From: Tubiluchus corallicola
Taxonomy: Eukaryota > Animalia > Priapulida
Reading direction: 5' to 3'
Length of the DNA: 64,000 nucleotides
Assembly (NCBI GenBank): GCA_030141605.1
Contig: JAQGDQ010000240.1
Coordinates: 168,863 to 232,862, forward strand
Of the stretch, positions 1 to 14,872 are shown piece by piece (the stretch's first letter is position 1; every line of letters begins with the position of its first letter). A program made the position numbers and the translations under genes. The notes under the pieces were generated by a model that did no database searches, had not been told where the DNA came from, and was given only the letters and a program-made list of their open reading frames with translations.

Positions 1-3000
1 AACTTTAAACTTATGTCTACGTCATTTTATTAAGTCACTTATTGTCGGAGTGTGTTTGGAGTATCGTAACAGTGTGCCAACAAGGTACAAAATGCATTTT
101 AATCAGGGCCATTGTTGCGTTAAGTTGTGAAAGGTTTTCACGCAAAATACGTATGTGTATTACACTAATAATCAACGTTATAACAGTTAAATAGGCTTAC
201 AGATAAATAATCGAAAACTGATATGGTAAACAAAATAATTTTAAATAAACGAACTAAAATAAGCTTTATTTCAGGATAATTGAAGCCCTGTTTGGAACTC
301 GGAAGGGATGATTTCAAAATTCCAAACATAGTGCATAGTTTTTATATCAACTTTAAAGCTAATAGGGTTACATAAACAATATAAACCACGGGGAATACAA
401 TATACTCGCAAACTGAAAACTCTACTGCTGACTGCAAACCGTTTAAGCCACAGTACTATCTCAGTAATGAACACTGATGAAGACGTCGCTTCGTACCCTG
501 ATTGGCTAAAATTTGTGTTGCTTGCTGATCTGAACAGGGAAAGAGATTCGCGGCCTGACATATTTCTCTCTGCAACTGCACCGCTGCCGTGATACACCAT
601 GTACCTCGTCCGATGAGTTAACATCGTATTTACGAGATCAGTATGAAACATCGCTACATATTTTATAAATTAAAAAATACGCAAAAGGCAAAATAATGAA
701 ATAACAATGGGGGTCAGGGTTTGTACAGTTGTGGTCTTTAAGATCTGTTACCTGTGTATATGTATATTACATACATATGTATTAGCAATAATATACACTA
801 TATACATTTAAAGCCCTTTATGTATTTCGATAAAAAGGTTTAAATAGCTGCAAGCATTATTTATGTAGATGATTTACATTAAATAAAATTTATCTTTACG
901 GTAGCAGTCTACACGGCAATAAGAACAGGATTTAGGCAATAACCCCGAGGGTTCCAATGTCAGTGCAAGCAAACGTAGTCTTTGATATTTATATATCGGT
1001 CGTAGTTTTACACATATTATAACAAAACATTAATCATTTGCAATTTAGAAAATTAGAAATTACCTCCTAACTGTATGAAAGATCTCACTCTCATATCCAG
1101 TAATAGTATGTTTAAACATTTATTTATATGTTAATTCTCTTGTTTTCTAAATAATTTGCAGGTGTGAAGAAATCCTCCCATGTTGATAAGATACATGGCT
1201 GAAGTAGATACGGCTAAATGCAATCAAATATTCCTTGTAGAAGACAAATAATCGACATTTTTTTATTAAAGACAGATTTTCAATTGTTTTTCCTGGTTTA
1301 GGAAACTGAGAAAGACTAACATAAGGCTAGGAAACCGAGAAAGGTTTTTCTGAATATAAACTGGGAAAGAATGCAGGTTAATCTGTCAGCCATCTCTTTA
1401 TTTCCACAAAGAGTTATTTTATTACTAAACACAGGTGGAATTGAGTACGTCTTTCCCACAGTTACATCACTTGCGATTGCAATAAAGTGTAATAGTTTAA
1501 ATGTAATAAAGCACGATGACTTGAACAATAAAAGGGACTCGACGCATTCGATGACGGTTTTATTAGAAGTAATCTACATGATATTATCCTTTACGTAATA
1601 CTGCATGACAACTGAAAACCCAGCTGTGACAAACATAAAGCAGCAACATTAAAAAATCCTAAAATCAATACAGAAGCTACGTTCGTTCCAGGTTTGGTTA
1701 ATAATTTTCAAAGATCTAAATAGGTCTAAGTTAACATTCAAATCAAATTTCACACAGTTGCTGCATTATCATTATAAACTCAAGATAAGGTACTCAGCAT
1801 GACTCAAAGTCAAATTCATTAGTTTCCGAGCATTTCCATAAATTGGTCGTCAGACTCGCTGTCCTGAAGTTTATTATCGTACATTCAACAGTTGAATGAC
1901 AATGACGATCATTGTGCTACGATTTTCATAACTATAAGAAATTTATGGATTAAATGATGGAATATCCCATTTTTTTCTTTTAAAATACCAACTTGTGATA
2001 TTAAACGAGTAAAAATTTAGTGGGCTAGCGTTTGACCATCATATATTGGGTGGTAGACTGATTTTATTGTTAAAAGCATGATAACATTACTTAGCAGTCT
2101 ATTGCAAGCTCCCATATGTCTATCGCAGCGATTTTATTTTGCGCAGGTATACCACACTCTTTTTCATAATCATGCAGTGATTGATGTCTCTGTTCTAGAG
2201 TCAACGACTTCAACAGACTGAAAAGTTCTCAAATAACGAGTATACATGTATATATATATATATAAGAGGTTACCACAAAAGAAATGTTGTTAGTCACTTA
2301 CCTGCAAAGAAAATTGGAAATCAAATTAGTAAGTCACTTATGTGAAACACTTTATAATTAATAAATCAAAAACGCGTGCGAACATGATTTACTCGCGAGC
2401 GGAACCACTAACGAGCCATTATACCTTGTACAATATCTGTGCAAGCAACATAATGCAAATCACATTATGTACAATGAGACATAACAGGACTTACAATGGT
2501 GAAGCCAATCAAGATATATTGACTGCGCGGATTGAAGAAAAGTAGTGCCATTAACAGCTCACATATTGAGATTAAAGATAACTTGCAGTTAATTCATTAT
2601 TTCTTGATTTACACATACGCAGTGATATGCTTGTTCTCGCGAAAGTATAAGCCTATGATAAAATTATACGTCGCTAAAGTGACTCCTCCTATTATACCTC
2701 CTGATTGAACCTTTACTTACAGCAGGACAACGATATCTTCTGGTAGTAATGTATTGCTGCCTCTTTTCAGTTGTTCGGCTATTAATTGCTCTCACAAAAC
2801 GAATCACAACTGCTCAAATTAGTAAACTCGTGAGCTACAAAAAATCTAAGTTGGAAACTTAAGTGGTTTTCTAACTTGCGGCAGGGCAATTTATTGCTTG
2901 GTTGGTCATTTTTATTTGCTAGCCCCCTGACCAGCTGAGACTTGTGTTGTTATTTGAACACATAATGCAATGCCAAGACAAAATTATTTTTGTGAAACGT

Positions 3001-6000
3001 CGGATGAAAAGTGGAGGTGCTTCCTGAATTTCACTCAGGCTTACCAGTTTGCACATTTTTATTATTAACGTAGGTCTATTTAACATTGTTTGGTCAAAGT
3101 CACAGTAAAAATGGTTAATTAAACAAAACCTCAAATCAAATTTACAAATGAAATTAAAACTGTTTCAAATTTACATATAGGTGCTTATGCAAGTTTAGTG
3201 ACATTAAGCCAGTGGTCTCTCGTAGAGACAGACACAAAGCGAGAAACCGGCTACTGACCCTGATGGTTAACTAGTTGACTATTTCCCCTGCAGAGCTTCT
3301 GAACATCAGTTGAGAAGCCAATTCTATTTTGTTTGATGAAATGCCGTCTTCTGCCGGGTTACTGCGCGAGGCTTCCGCGGATATATAAGCATTAACACCC
3401 TTTCATCAGCGGGGTTTCTCATCAGCGTTACTCAATTCAGTCATGGGGGAAGGTTTCCTGGTCACGGTTAGCTGACTTTCTCGTCCTGTAGATTTATGGA
3501 TGGTTTCTAGCTTCTAAACAAGCAGGAACATAAAAAAGCAATCAGGAAACTAATCGAGTCGCTGTGTCATTACCGGATCATGTTTAATCTGTCGTTCAGC
3601 ACATTTGGAAACAATCAACAAGTGAATTTACGCATAACCTAAAAATACTAAGCAAACGAATGAAACGATGCAACACAATACCATGCATACCATACATGTC
3701 AAAGAGAGATGATATTCTAGGTGCAACTGCATCAAAACACGATGCCAAACTTTTTTCATCATATAAATAAAGCAGCAAATGTGAATGTAGTTTTTTTTAT
3801 TTTACTACGAAAACACCAAGCAACAACACAATATAGCAAAACACATTATGATAACATCGTATACATAGTTATATTAATTTTATAATAAAATTTACATGGC
3901 ATGATATCTATATAAGTTGTTGCTTGCATTATAGTCAGAAGCATTGCTTGTGTGACTATAATGAAAATTTAAGATATGAGTATTGCATCTATTCATTGAT
4001 TACAAGTATTTATTTTAAGCAGGTAATATAGTTGTGAGTGTAAGTGTAAGCGACATTTGTAAGAAATATCGGATTGCACGATAATCATTGCTGTGCAGTT
4101 CACCAGTCACTGAGCTTGGTCACTTTTAAAAAAGTTCTACACAAAATGCATCGTAGGACGAAGTATTCTTATATGGTGGTCGAGTCAACTCTGTCCCCAC
4201 ACTTATTTATAGTAATAAGTCAACTAAATTGTCAAAGAGCACTTCTTCTCAAGGATGCTGGTAAATAACCCACAATACACCACCCGCTGTAGAATAGAGT
4301 GTGAAATGAAGAGGTATATATATCGCAAAAAATGTACCTATATATTTAACTTAAAAACTCAACTTGGAGTCAGTCAGTCGGCAGGTCAATTTCGTTGTTA
4401 AATATTATTCTAAAAAGAGGTTCAAATTGCTCGAAAATTGCAAAACGAAAAAGAGGCCAGTCCATCTCAGGAAACGAAACGGAAGTTAAGAGAGGGAGAG
4501 CAGAAGAAAGAACGAGAGAGAGAAAGAGAGAGAGAGAAAGAGATGAATGTAAAGGATTTAACTTTATGGTTAAAAACGATTATAAGTATTCATGCTAAGC
4601 AATCGGAATCAACCTTAACAGGAAATAAACTGTAAACACTGGCAGCCGGAAATGAAATCGAGAAACTGCAATTGGGTTTTGGATTACCATCTAATTAAAC
4701 CACCAGAGGAGTGCAACTCGTACTTGCAAGAGTGACGCATACAAAGTAATCTTATATGTATCTTTAAATTGTCCTAGTCTAACAATCTAAGTGTCTAACA
4801 ATATCAATACTAACTTTTTTATGCGAGCATGCATAAAATAAAGACAGGAATCAAATTTAGTGTGCGAAACGCTAATGGTGGCAAGATCAAATGAAAAAAA
4901 TTGATCAAATCAACCTTGAGGTGGGACAGTAAATTTTATTTTTATAAATAGCTACACGATTACTGTATTTATAAAAACTGAATTATGTGGAAGGATTTCT
5001 GCACACAGATCTTGCTATAGCAGTAACGACAGTTATGCACACTCATTTTAACGGTTACAGTTAAGAAATATTAAGAACATTCAAATAACATTGCTTATAA
5101 AGTTTGAAAAATTGCAGTGCACACCTCACTAATAACAAAGCAAAAGTATTAATTGCTTTACTTCATCGATAATATTAATAATATGATTTTTGGAAAGCCA
5201 CTCTTGTTTCTGGTGCACACTGAATAGTGAGCTAGTGACGTTTTAGCAGTTTCCGCGAACACTTTAAATTACTATGAATTTTCTTTTCCAGTTACATTGT
5301 GTCTTTCTAACAGGTAAGCGTAATGCAATACAACTTGGAAAGTTTTTTTAGGACATAATATAAAATATCCTTTTCTTCCCCTATAAACAAACCGACAATC
5401 AGCAGCATGTCCTCCATGTTGTTCATATACCGACAAGTGAAATACGAATTATAATAATGAATTGTACGAAATATTGAATAATGAACGATTATACAGAGCT
5501 TTTATACTTCACAATTTGTTTTTATACCGCCGTGCATATTTGATAATTTCCTCAACTTGCTGAAGCCGCTAATATTTCTCTGCTACAAATGTAGAGATTC
5601 AAATTTTAAGGGACTTTTGACACTATTAGTGAACAGTTGACGCAAACATGGTGTTGCCTTACAACTTACAAGCTCAGTAACTAATAATATAAAACTGCAT
5701 TAGTGAACTTCAATTTCGTTTAAGTAACCTTGGGTGAAGTTCGAAAAAATGGAGTACTAGTAATTCGAAAAAAATGGAGCACTCGTATCACACTCTTCGC
5801 TAATTAAGCAAAAATATGAGCAACTTTATATTCTCAATAGGATCAAAAATGTGTTTCTTGGTGAGCCACTGTTGCACACTGGGATGGCGACACCAGTTAG
5901 CGCGAACATTTTAGTTTATTAAGAATTTTTTTCCAATTAAGTAAGTCTTTCAAGCAGATAAGCATAACGCTAAATAATATAAATTCGCGTGGAAAGTTCT

Positions 6001-7646
6001 TTGGAATACACTTCAAACTTCTTTTCCCTTTCTTCCCCTTTCACAAAACAACAATCTTAATTTGTTTTAGACTTTAATTGGCTGAAACAATCCCTGGTGT
6101 TAAATTGAGAAGTGTGGCTTCAGTCTATTTAGGCTAGCTAGCAATTCATTGCTTAGTTTGTCCAGTTACGAAGTGCATTTCTATTTTGCCGTTTAGTTGA
6201 GATTTTATCGTATTATTTCGTTTGTCTGACAGCAGCATTTCATAATTTGCAAACTTCGGCTTGGTTTAACATTTCACTTAAAACTTCAAAGTATAAGCAT
6301 ACAAAACTGTCTGTCACTTCCTCATTAGACAAAACCATTAAAGTGAAATCTGAAGGCGAGTGAAAATTTTGCTTGTTGATGGGGGCGGTTCAGAACTTAG
6401 GGCGGCTCACTATTACAGAAAAATTTTCAAGTCGACAAGCGAACAAGCACATGAATAGAAGTGAATTAACAAAGAACGAATGAACGAATCAACCAACCAA
6501 CCAACCAACGATCGAACGAACGAGTGAACGAAGGAACGGATGCAAAAAAGACAAACAAGAAAGGAAACGAAGTATTAAGCATGCAACTATATGTATGAAT
6601 AAATGACATAAAATTCTACTTTTGTGGATCTCAACAATTCCAACTTTCAGTTAGCCGTCTTTGATTCAGTATATCAGTTGTTGTTAAACGAGACAAAGAC
6701 GTATACTAAACGACAAATTTAGTTAGCATTAAAACATGCGCATTGGTAAAACTTCATTTGAGGGTAATGTTGTGTCTATGTAACTTGCGGATGGGGATGC
6801 GTTTTGTGGGGTGCGGAATAGTCAAAATCGGTTTATACTTCTTTTCAATGCACCCGTTTATGCAGCTTATGTGCGTTTTTCTTTTTTGCATTTATTTCTT
6901 ATTAAATTTTCCCCCTTATTGATTTCGGTACTATTCGGCAGTTGAAAAACGCATCGGCAATTACATAAACGCCACTTAATGCAGTTTAGTGTGCAATTTG
7001 CACTAATTGGGTAGTTTAAATTTCGTTGGTAGATAATTTTCAAGTCTTGCAACAACAACAACCATTCTGATGAATCTAGATGTTGCTGATGTAAGTACTA
7101 TTTATGACCTACTAACTCCTAGTAACAACGTCATGTTCGTGCTCTTCTATTGAACGTGAGTGCTTCAGAAGAACCTTGTGAATTCAAGAGAGACGAACAA
7201 ACAAACTAAGCTGTCAAAAAGGAAACCAACCAGTCAGTTATCATCAGTTTGGTAAACGCTTTGAGTACTTTTGAGTCCAAAAATTTTACTGATTTTAGAT
7301 ATCGTATCAAAATGATGACCAAGAATCTTTAAGCGATTGCATTAAAGGCAAAAACATGGTACTCTATCCATATGAAGCTGAATCCTGCGTTGGTTTAGCA
7401 TCCGATTTATATTGCAAATTCTCCTGATTCATTAAAAATTAAATTCAATCGTTTGAAGCAGATTACCAAAAAGTTGAGACAGGAAGGTGGCAAAGCCACC
7501 GATCCCTAGTATAGAGTGTACCTCCGACAGTATAAGCGTACAAGATGAAGAGCATTTAATTTTGACACTACAAGAAGAAGACGAATTGCATTGGGAACAA
7601 ATGTAACATCACGTTAAATACTTGGTTTTTGTAAATAGTTGGAAAT

Positions 7647-8194
<548 letters not shown>

Positions 8195-10715
8195 ACAGCA
8201 GCCCGTCAAGCAAAACAAACAAATGATGACCGAACAATCGAAAAGAGAACCAATATTGGCACACAATTAGAAAAAGCAAAAATGAAACAGCACACAAGGG
8301 AACGACGAATGAAGCGAAACAACTAAATAAAAAATAAATGAGACTGTGACGGAAAGCATAAATAAACGAATTGTTAAACGCATGAACAAACTTTTGAGGA
8401 AACTAACGACTGAGCTAGAAAGCAAATGAACTGGAGAACACAAACAGACAAATACGCTTTATATACCCACTAGGACTTCTACAGGCGGCTCCTTATAATA
8501 AATCGTAAACACATTCTACAAACAAGCTTAATTACGATAAAAGTTCAAGCGAAGGAAGCCCATGCAAAATTCCCACGAACGTTCATCAGAGCCACAGTCC
8601 TGGGAGAAATCTGCTCATTTCATCAGCAGATTGAAACCAGTTGATTTGTGTCCAGTCCGCCTGACATCAAGCTACTGTCACTAATGCCACTGTTGGCTCT
8701 CAGAGAACGATTGAGGTTAAATTCTATATCAACAAACTGATTGCATTTCCCGTGATTAATAAGCTGGAGGATATGCAATCAACTCAATCAGTTCTATATA
8801 CAGTATCAGAACAGCCTGCGTAGTGTGGCTGTGTAGATACACAATTTACTGGTAAGATGTTAAATGTGTAGTCATTGAAAAATGCAACAATCTGAATGCA
8901 TTTTTCGTTATAGGTACTTCCAAACTAGGATGACTGGTCCAGAATGTGTATCACCAAGTCAAGCGAGAAATTTTTCATGGACTCATGTCATAATTCATCA
9001 TCCAATTTTCAGCAATACTGTGGCGTACGTAGTAGTAAAGTTTAAATACGGTAAGTTGGACTAAACAGGTTCCATGGTAAAAATTTATTAACTGCGCACA
9101 GTTTAAAAACTTGAGAATAATTATTTACCGCACTGTTGGTAGTGGTGTTAGTGATGTTAGTAGTGGTGACGGCAACGGTTGCTATAGAAAACCATAGCAA
9201 ATAAATTTTCTTTTGTCTAAATACACTTACAGTTAAATAAAGCTACAGCTGTGGTAAATACTCAAGCAAATATTTCAAGAAGTCGTGTCAGTTTGCTTTA
9301 TTACGAAAGACAAGAAAGTAATCTAACTATAGCGCAAACAATGCCTAATCCAATGTTATGACTCTAGTTCAAACAAACTTCTTCCTAACCAAATCTACAT
9401 ACAAATGGATTTTTAAGGAAAATTGAGCTGACTTTCAGAAATTACAGTCTGATGTCTAACGCTGTAGCCAGCGACAGAGTGGCACAAAAATTAATCATAA
9501 CTGATAAAATTGCTCTATAAGAAAATTCAAAACTGGTAATTCATGGATTTACAGTCAAGTATTCAATAAAGTTGGAAAAAATGAAGTATGACCAACGCAA
9601 AAGTTCTCTAGGATTTTTTTCTAACTGACGAACAATTGATTAAAAGTATAACAATCGATTTACATCGTTTTTATTTACCTTTCGCATAATTCAAATTTAA
9701 ACTATTTAACGTTCTTGTCATTTGTACATTTCTTGAAAATAGCATATATTTTAGTTTAAACGATAGTTTATTAATCACACACCATATATCAGGAATAAAC
9801 AAATCTTCCATAACTTGGTAGGAACTAATTTGGTAGGGATATAGTAACAAGAGAAAGCAATAAATGAGAATTGAAACATCATGGTTGGGTTACTAAGGTT
9901 ATACTCATATGTTTATATAATAAAACGTTTACTATTATTATAAAATCAATTGTAGCAATGATAACAATTTTATTAGACTGCAAAGAAAGAGATTTGCTTC
10001 CATATCGTAAAATGTTGATGTCATTACTTATAAATGGTGGCATTATTTGGGATTATAAATGGGATGTAGATATCTAATCCGATAAAAATGATAGATTGTA
10101 CAAATAATAAATGAGTGAAAAGAGTGTCGCTGCACACCACAATGACATAAGGGAGAAAATAATATAAAATGTTGATACATGTGAAGTAATAAGATTGCAG
10201 CTCATGTTAATTTGTGAAAGATGAATTTGTACAAATCTTTCCCCCATATAACAGTAAAAGGGTGGTTTATGAAACCATAGTAACATTTAGGGAGTGTTTC
10301 TGACTTTTAAATTCACGTCAAGTTTGTTTTTGGGAATGACTGATGGAATGGAAATTTTTATATCTTCAGATAATTGATTCCATTTTTTGTGACCCACACT
10401 GTGAATGAATTGTGGTAAAGTATTTTCCTGGTATAGAGCATGAAAAAATTATGAGCATGAATAACATATATTTTCTTAACTATAACTTGGGCACTTTAGA
10501 ATTTGCATAGCGTTGCCAAATTTACGTGTGAAATGTTTCAATTTTTTATATACTACTTCCGACTTGAGCTTAAAGTACAAGAAAACACATTTCAAAAATT
10601 CCACTTGAAATTTTATATATTACTTACATGCTGTATTATTGTATAGAGGGCTTGCGTTAGGTAACGTTGTATAAAATGTAACTAGTAAATTTAAATTCCC
10701 GCGATGGACGTTAGG

Positions 10716-10813
10716 ATGATAATGATGATGGTGATGATGATGATGATGATGACGATGATGATGACGACGGCGACGGCGGCAATGATAATGATGACAATGA
10801 TGATGATGATGAT
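10716..10813. repeat. Imperfect (GAT)n microsatellite
   Basis: Visible gatgatgat/gacgat array. Confidence 0.9.
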
Positions 10814-12732
10814 AACTACAGAGACTGTAGTAATCCAGATTATTACAGCGGAATACTTTGGTTTTGAAAAGTTATTAAGCACGTTTACACTTGAAAAAGA
10901 TCGGTACACCGTTGCGTCGCTTTCATAGAATGCACATATCGTTGCCACACTGTGCAATATTATTGCATTTCACTTTTTAATATGAAATGAAATGCGAATC
11001 TTACAAAAGGACACTGTAAATTGCATACTGTTACAATATATTAAAGAACTGATGAAGAAATCAGAGATTACTGCGCACACAGTCACCAACTTTAAAGCAC
11101 AAGAAATTGCGCTCATGAATAAAGCTTAAAAAGTTCGTCTTGAAATTTTATATCACTTACGTGCTGTCATACCACAGAGCTTGCTTTGGCGGTAATGCTG
11201 TATAAAAATTATAAATTTTTATATGCTATGATTATTAGGAGCAGCCATTTTAACGGTAAGTTGTTTAAAACGAGGCTAAATAGGACTGCTTAAAGTTTGG
11301 AAAAATATCCAGAGCATACCTCTTTCTAACTAAACAAACGCTTAAATTATTTCATATTGTCAATAAGACCAGTAGTGTGGGTTTTTTTTCGTGAATCATT
11401 GGTACGCAGTGGGACGGTGATGCAGTGCCATTTTACAACGTGATGCGAACCTTTTAAATTATGTATTTTTCTTTTGCAATTACATAAGTCTCTCAAACAA
11501 GTAAGAGTAATGCTAAGTAATAATACTTGTATGGAAAGTTCTTTGAAATAAACTTTAAAATTTTCTTTTTTTTCCCATTTACAGAACGGAAAATAGTGAT
11601 GCAGACACTTTATAACACTAAGTTTATCCATTTTAGTAGGCTTAATTATCTATTAAAAGATCAGCTAGGCGTTTTTTTATCGACCGGTTGTATTAAATTT
11701 TACCTTATTGACTCGTGGTCTATCAGATTAATAAGAATTATACAGCCGCAGATATAATAGTTACCATGCAATAAGTTAGCAACACTGCAACCAGGGCATA
11801 GACTGCACTTACGGTTGTGGGGTATAGGCGCGCGGTAAAAATTTTTCTAATTCATGTAGCTGTATACCGCCTTAGTCGCACTGTAGTCGTCGCGTCTAGC
11901 TTCCACGCAACTAGAAAAGTTAAGCCGAATTCAAACAGACGTCTTAACTTGCATATTGTCGCGCCTTGCGTTGCACGCACTTAGACGAGGAATCATTTTC
12001 AACTCTTCATAGCTAATTTTCATCAGTTTGACTATGATTCCAGTCACGATCTCGCTTGATTATTTTTATTAAACTTTGGTTAGTTCCGCGTTGGTTTCTC
12101 TATCTCATAACAAATGATAAGCAGCTGAAGCAAGATATAGCGCGAGCAAAATATATATACCAGTGAATGGCTGAATGGATGAACGAGAGAATGTGTGATT
12201 GAACGAATGATGAATGAATGAACGAACAAAAATAACAAATAAACAACCGAATGGACACGTCCCTTCGGCGTACGGCGCTTCAGGTATGCACAAATGTAAA
12301 TGAATAAATGTAAAATTGAATAAATAAAAAATACAGGCAAACAAAGAAACCATGATAAGTGGCAGTCAAATACCAGTATTTTTATATGCGTGTGTAACTA
12401 TTTTATAGGGCCTTACAGAATACTGGTGGGTACACAAGTTGCATCATAATCTACATCGTTCATAAAAGACATTTTGTCATGATTATTAATTATTTAGCAC
12501 CGTCATAATATCGTCATTATTATAAATAGTGTACTTAATAAGATTAAAACTCATGGGACTGGTATACAGTCTTGCAATATATACCTCTAACCCTCTCCTA
12601 ACATCATGAGCTGGTTTTCAAGAAAACTACCAGGAAGTTAGCAAGCATATTTTTTAAATTTTATTAAGTTTTTAGTATAAAATGCACTTTAATCTTTAAA
12701 TTCTCACTGTCACACAAAACAATTCTCTACCA

Positions 12733-12783
<51 letters not shown>

Positions 12784-12893
12784 AGAAAACGCATAGAGGA
12801 AAATCGCGGGTTAACAAAGATAGAGAGAAATGGAGGCAAAAAAATACAGTAGTGAAAACGTGGGAGTGAGGACAGAGAGAGGGGTGAGGAACC

Positions 12894-12982
<89 letters not shown>

Positions 12983-13003
12983 AGAGAGAGAGAGAGAGAG
13001 AGA

Positions 13004-13052
<49 letters not shown>

Positions 13053-13083
13053 GTGAGTGAGTGAGTGAGTGAGTGAGTGAGTG
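12733..13083. repeat. (GA)n tracts followed by (GAGT)n microsatellite
   Basis: Visible; explains ERERER / SLSLSL ORFs. Confidence 0.95.
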
Positions 13084-14712
13084 ATTTGATTTGATTTAAG
13101 TCTTTATTGCAAACTCTAGGTTCATATATACAAAAATACATTCAGGACAAAAGTTACATACAACAGTTATAAATATTTACAATTATGACATAGTTAGTGA
13201 CACACAAAATAAATGCACAAGTAGACTATAGAAATCACATCGGCAAGGCATTACCGAAAACCATAAAGAAGTTCTATAGATTTTTTTCTAATGGAGGAAG
13301 TAAAGAAAGCATCACATTCACTTAAGTGCTTACAAATATCATTCTCACTAATAGCAACTCTATTACAAAAACTAAGTACACACTTTCTAATGATAACATC
13401 GAAGTATCTAATATTGAGATTTGTTGTAATGTTTATAGCACTAGTGTCATAAGGATATTTAAAAAAATTTCTAATAGAGATGTTATAGGCAACTTTTAAT
13501 TTCATCAGATCGTATAAATTGTAATAGCGCCAGGTAACCATACAATAAAAACTACTGCAGTAGGAATAAAAAGATACTTCTTGACAGCAAGTGAGCAATT
13601 ACCAAAACGTCTGATTAATTGGTTGGCCCTAGAAAAATAAATTGTTCTTTGTCTAATAATGTCAAGATCATCTGCAGTATTTTCAGAAATTATATGCCCT
13701 GGGTATTTCTCCTGTTTGTAGGGCTTGATCAAAGTTCCTTCCATACTAACGGAGCCATTCGCCACATTTCTAAAAACAGATGACTTTATCGAGACCAATT
13801 TAGTCTTCTCGACTTTAATAATAATGTCATGCTGTGTAGCATACTCAATGTATATATATCAATGAGTTTGTAGTACAGATATGGTTGTGGCTAATAAGCA
13901 GACATCATCTGCATACATCACATGATTCGTATATTGACAACCATTCGTATATTCGTGCAATGTGACAACCATACTGTGAAGAGCTAAGCCTCTGGCTTAG
14001 GTCAAGAAAATACAACATAGGAGACATAATACCTCCCTGACGAACACTGTTACCAACGTTAAATATACTAGACTGGTGCCCCACCTAAATTAATGTCCCA
14101 CCATCACACAATCCGCCCCACCTAATTAACAGGCCTTGTTTTGTATAGTAAAAAACGAAAAGATGAATAGTAACTTTGGGCACGTCAGTGGCTAACAGTT
14201 TAAAAAATAATTTGAAATAATTAATACGGTCAAACGCTTTTGAGGCATCAATAAAAATAATGTGCACAATGCTTTGCCTGGAAATGTAGTAATCAATGAT
14301 TTCTTTGAGACTGTCGATACATAAATTGGTTCCCAATTTGTCTACGAAGCCAAACTGATTTGGTGTAGTATGAATACAATGTTTATATCGATAGAGTAAC
14401 ACATATTCAAGAATTTTATAACTGATGGGTGATAGAGCCATGGGCCTGAAATTGTTTACGTCCGTGATATCACTGTTTTTGTTTTTGACAAGAGGCACAA
14501 GTATTAAGAGGATGAGTGCATTTGGAAGAAAACCATGAGCAATGCAAGATGTATACATTCAAGCTAGCAATATGGGTAGAAGCTCAGTTGCGTATGTATA
14601 ATGGTCGGCTTGGAGCCGATCAGGGTCTGGACTTTTGGTGAGACAGGCTAGACATGACATCCTGAACCTCTCTTACAGTGATTGCAGGAGCATTGTTTAG
14701 GTGATAGTGTTG
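13084..14712 (-). mobile_element. Decayed, 5'-truncated non-LTR retrotransposon (CR1/L2-group-like RT remnant)
   Basis: ORF 14085-14558 has HGFLP..LVPLVKNK..NNFRPMALS..KILE..NQFGF..FIDASKAFDRI; further down on - strand VRQGGIMSP (~14020-14045) and YADD (~13905-13916); frameshifts and stops; 3' end with AATAAA and (TCAAA)n tail near 13084-13108. Confidence 0.88.
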
Positions 14713-14713
14713 T

Positions 14714-14872
14714 TAGTGAGTGAGTGAGTGAGTGAGTGAGTGAGTGAGTGAGTGAGTGAGTGAGTGAGTGAGTGAGTGAGTGAGTGAGTGAGTGAGTGAG
14801 TGAGTGAGTGAGTGAGTGAGTGAGTGAGTGAGTGAGTGAGTGAGCGAGTGAGAGAGAGAAAGGGAGAGAGAG
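14714..14872. repeat. (GAGT)n microsatellite grading into (GA)n
   Basis: Visible array. Confidence 0.95.

Noticed and set aside
271-651. 126-aa minus-strand ORF
   Set aside because: No recognisable domain; could be a first exon of a gene leaving the window, but I cannot support that
12830-13141. ER-repeat and SL-repeat ORFs (also 14713-14904 and 43967-44348)
   Set aside because: (GA)n/(GAGT)n microsatellite artefacts
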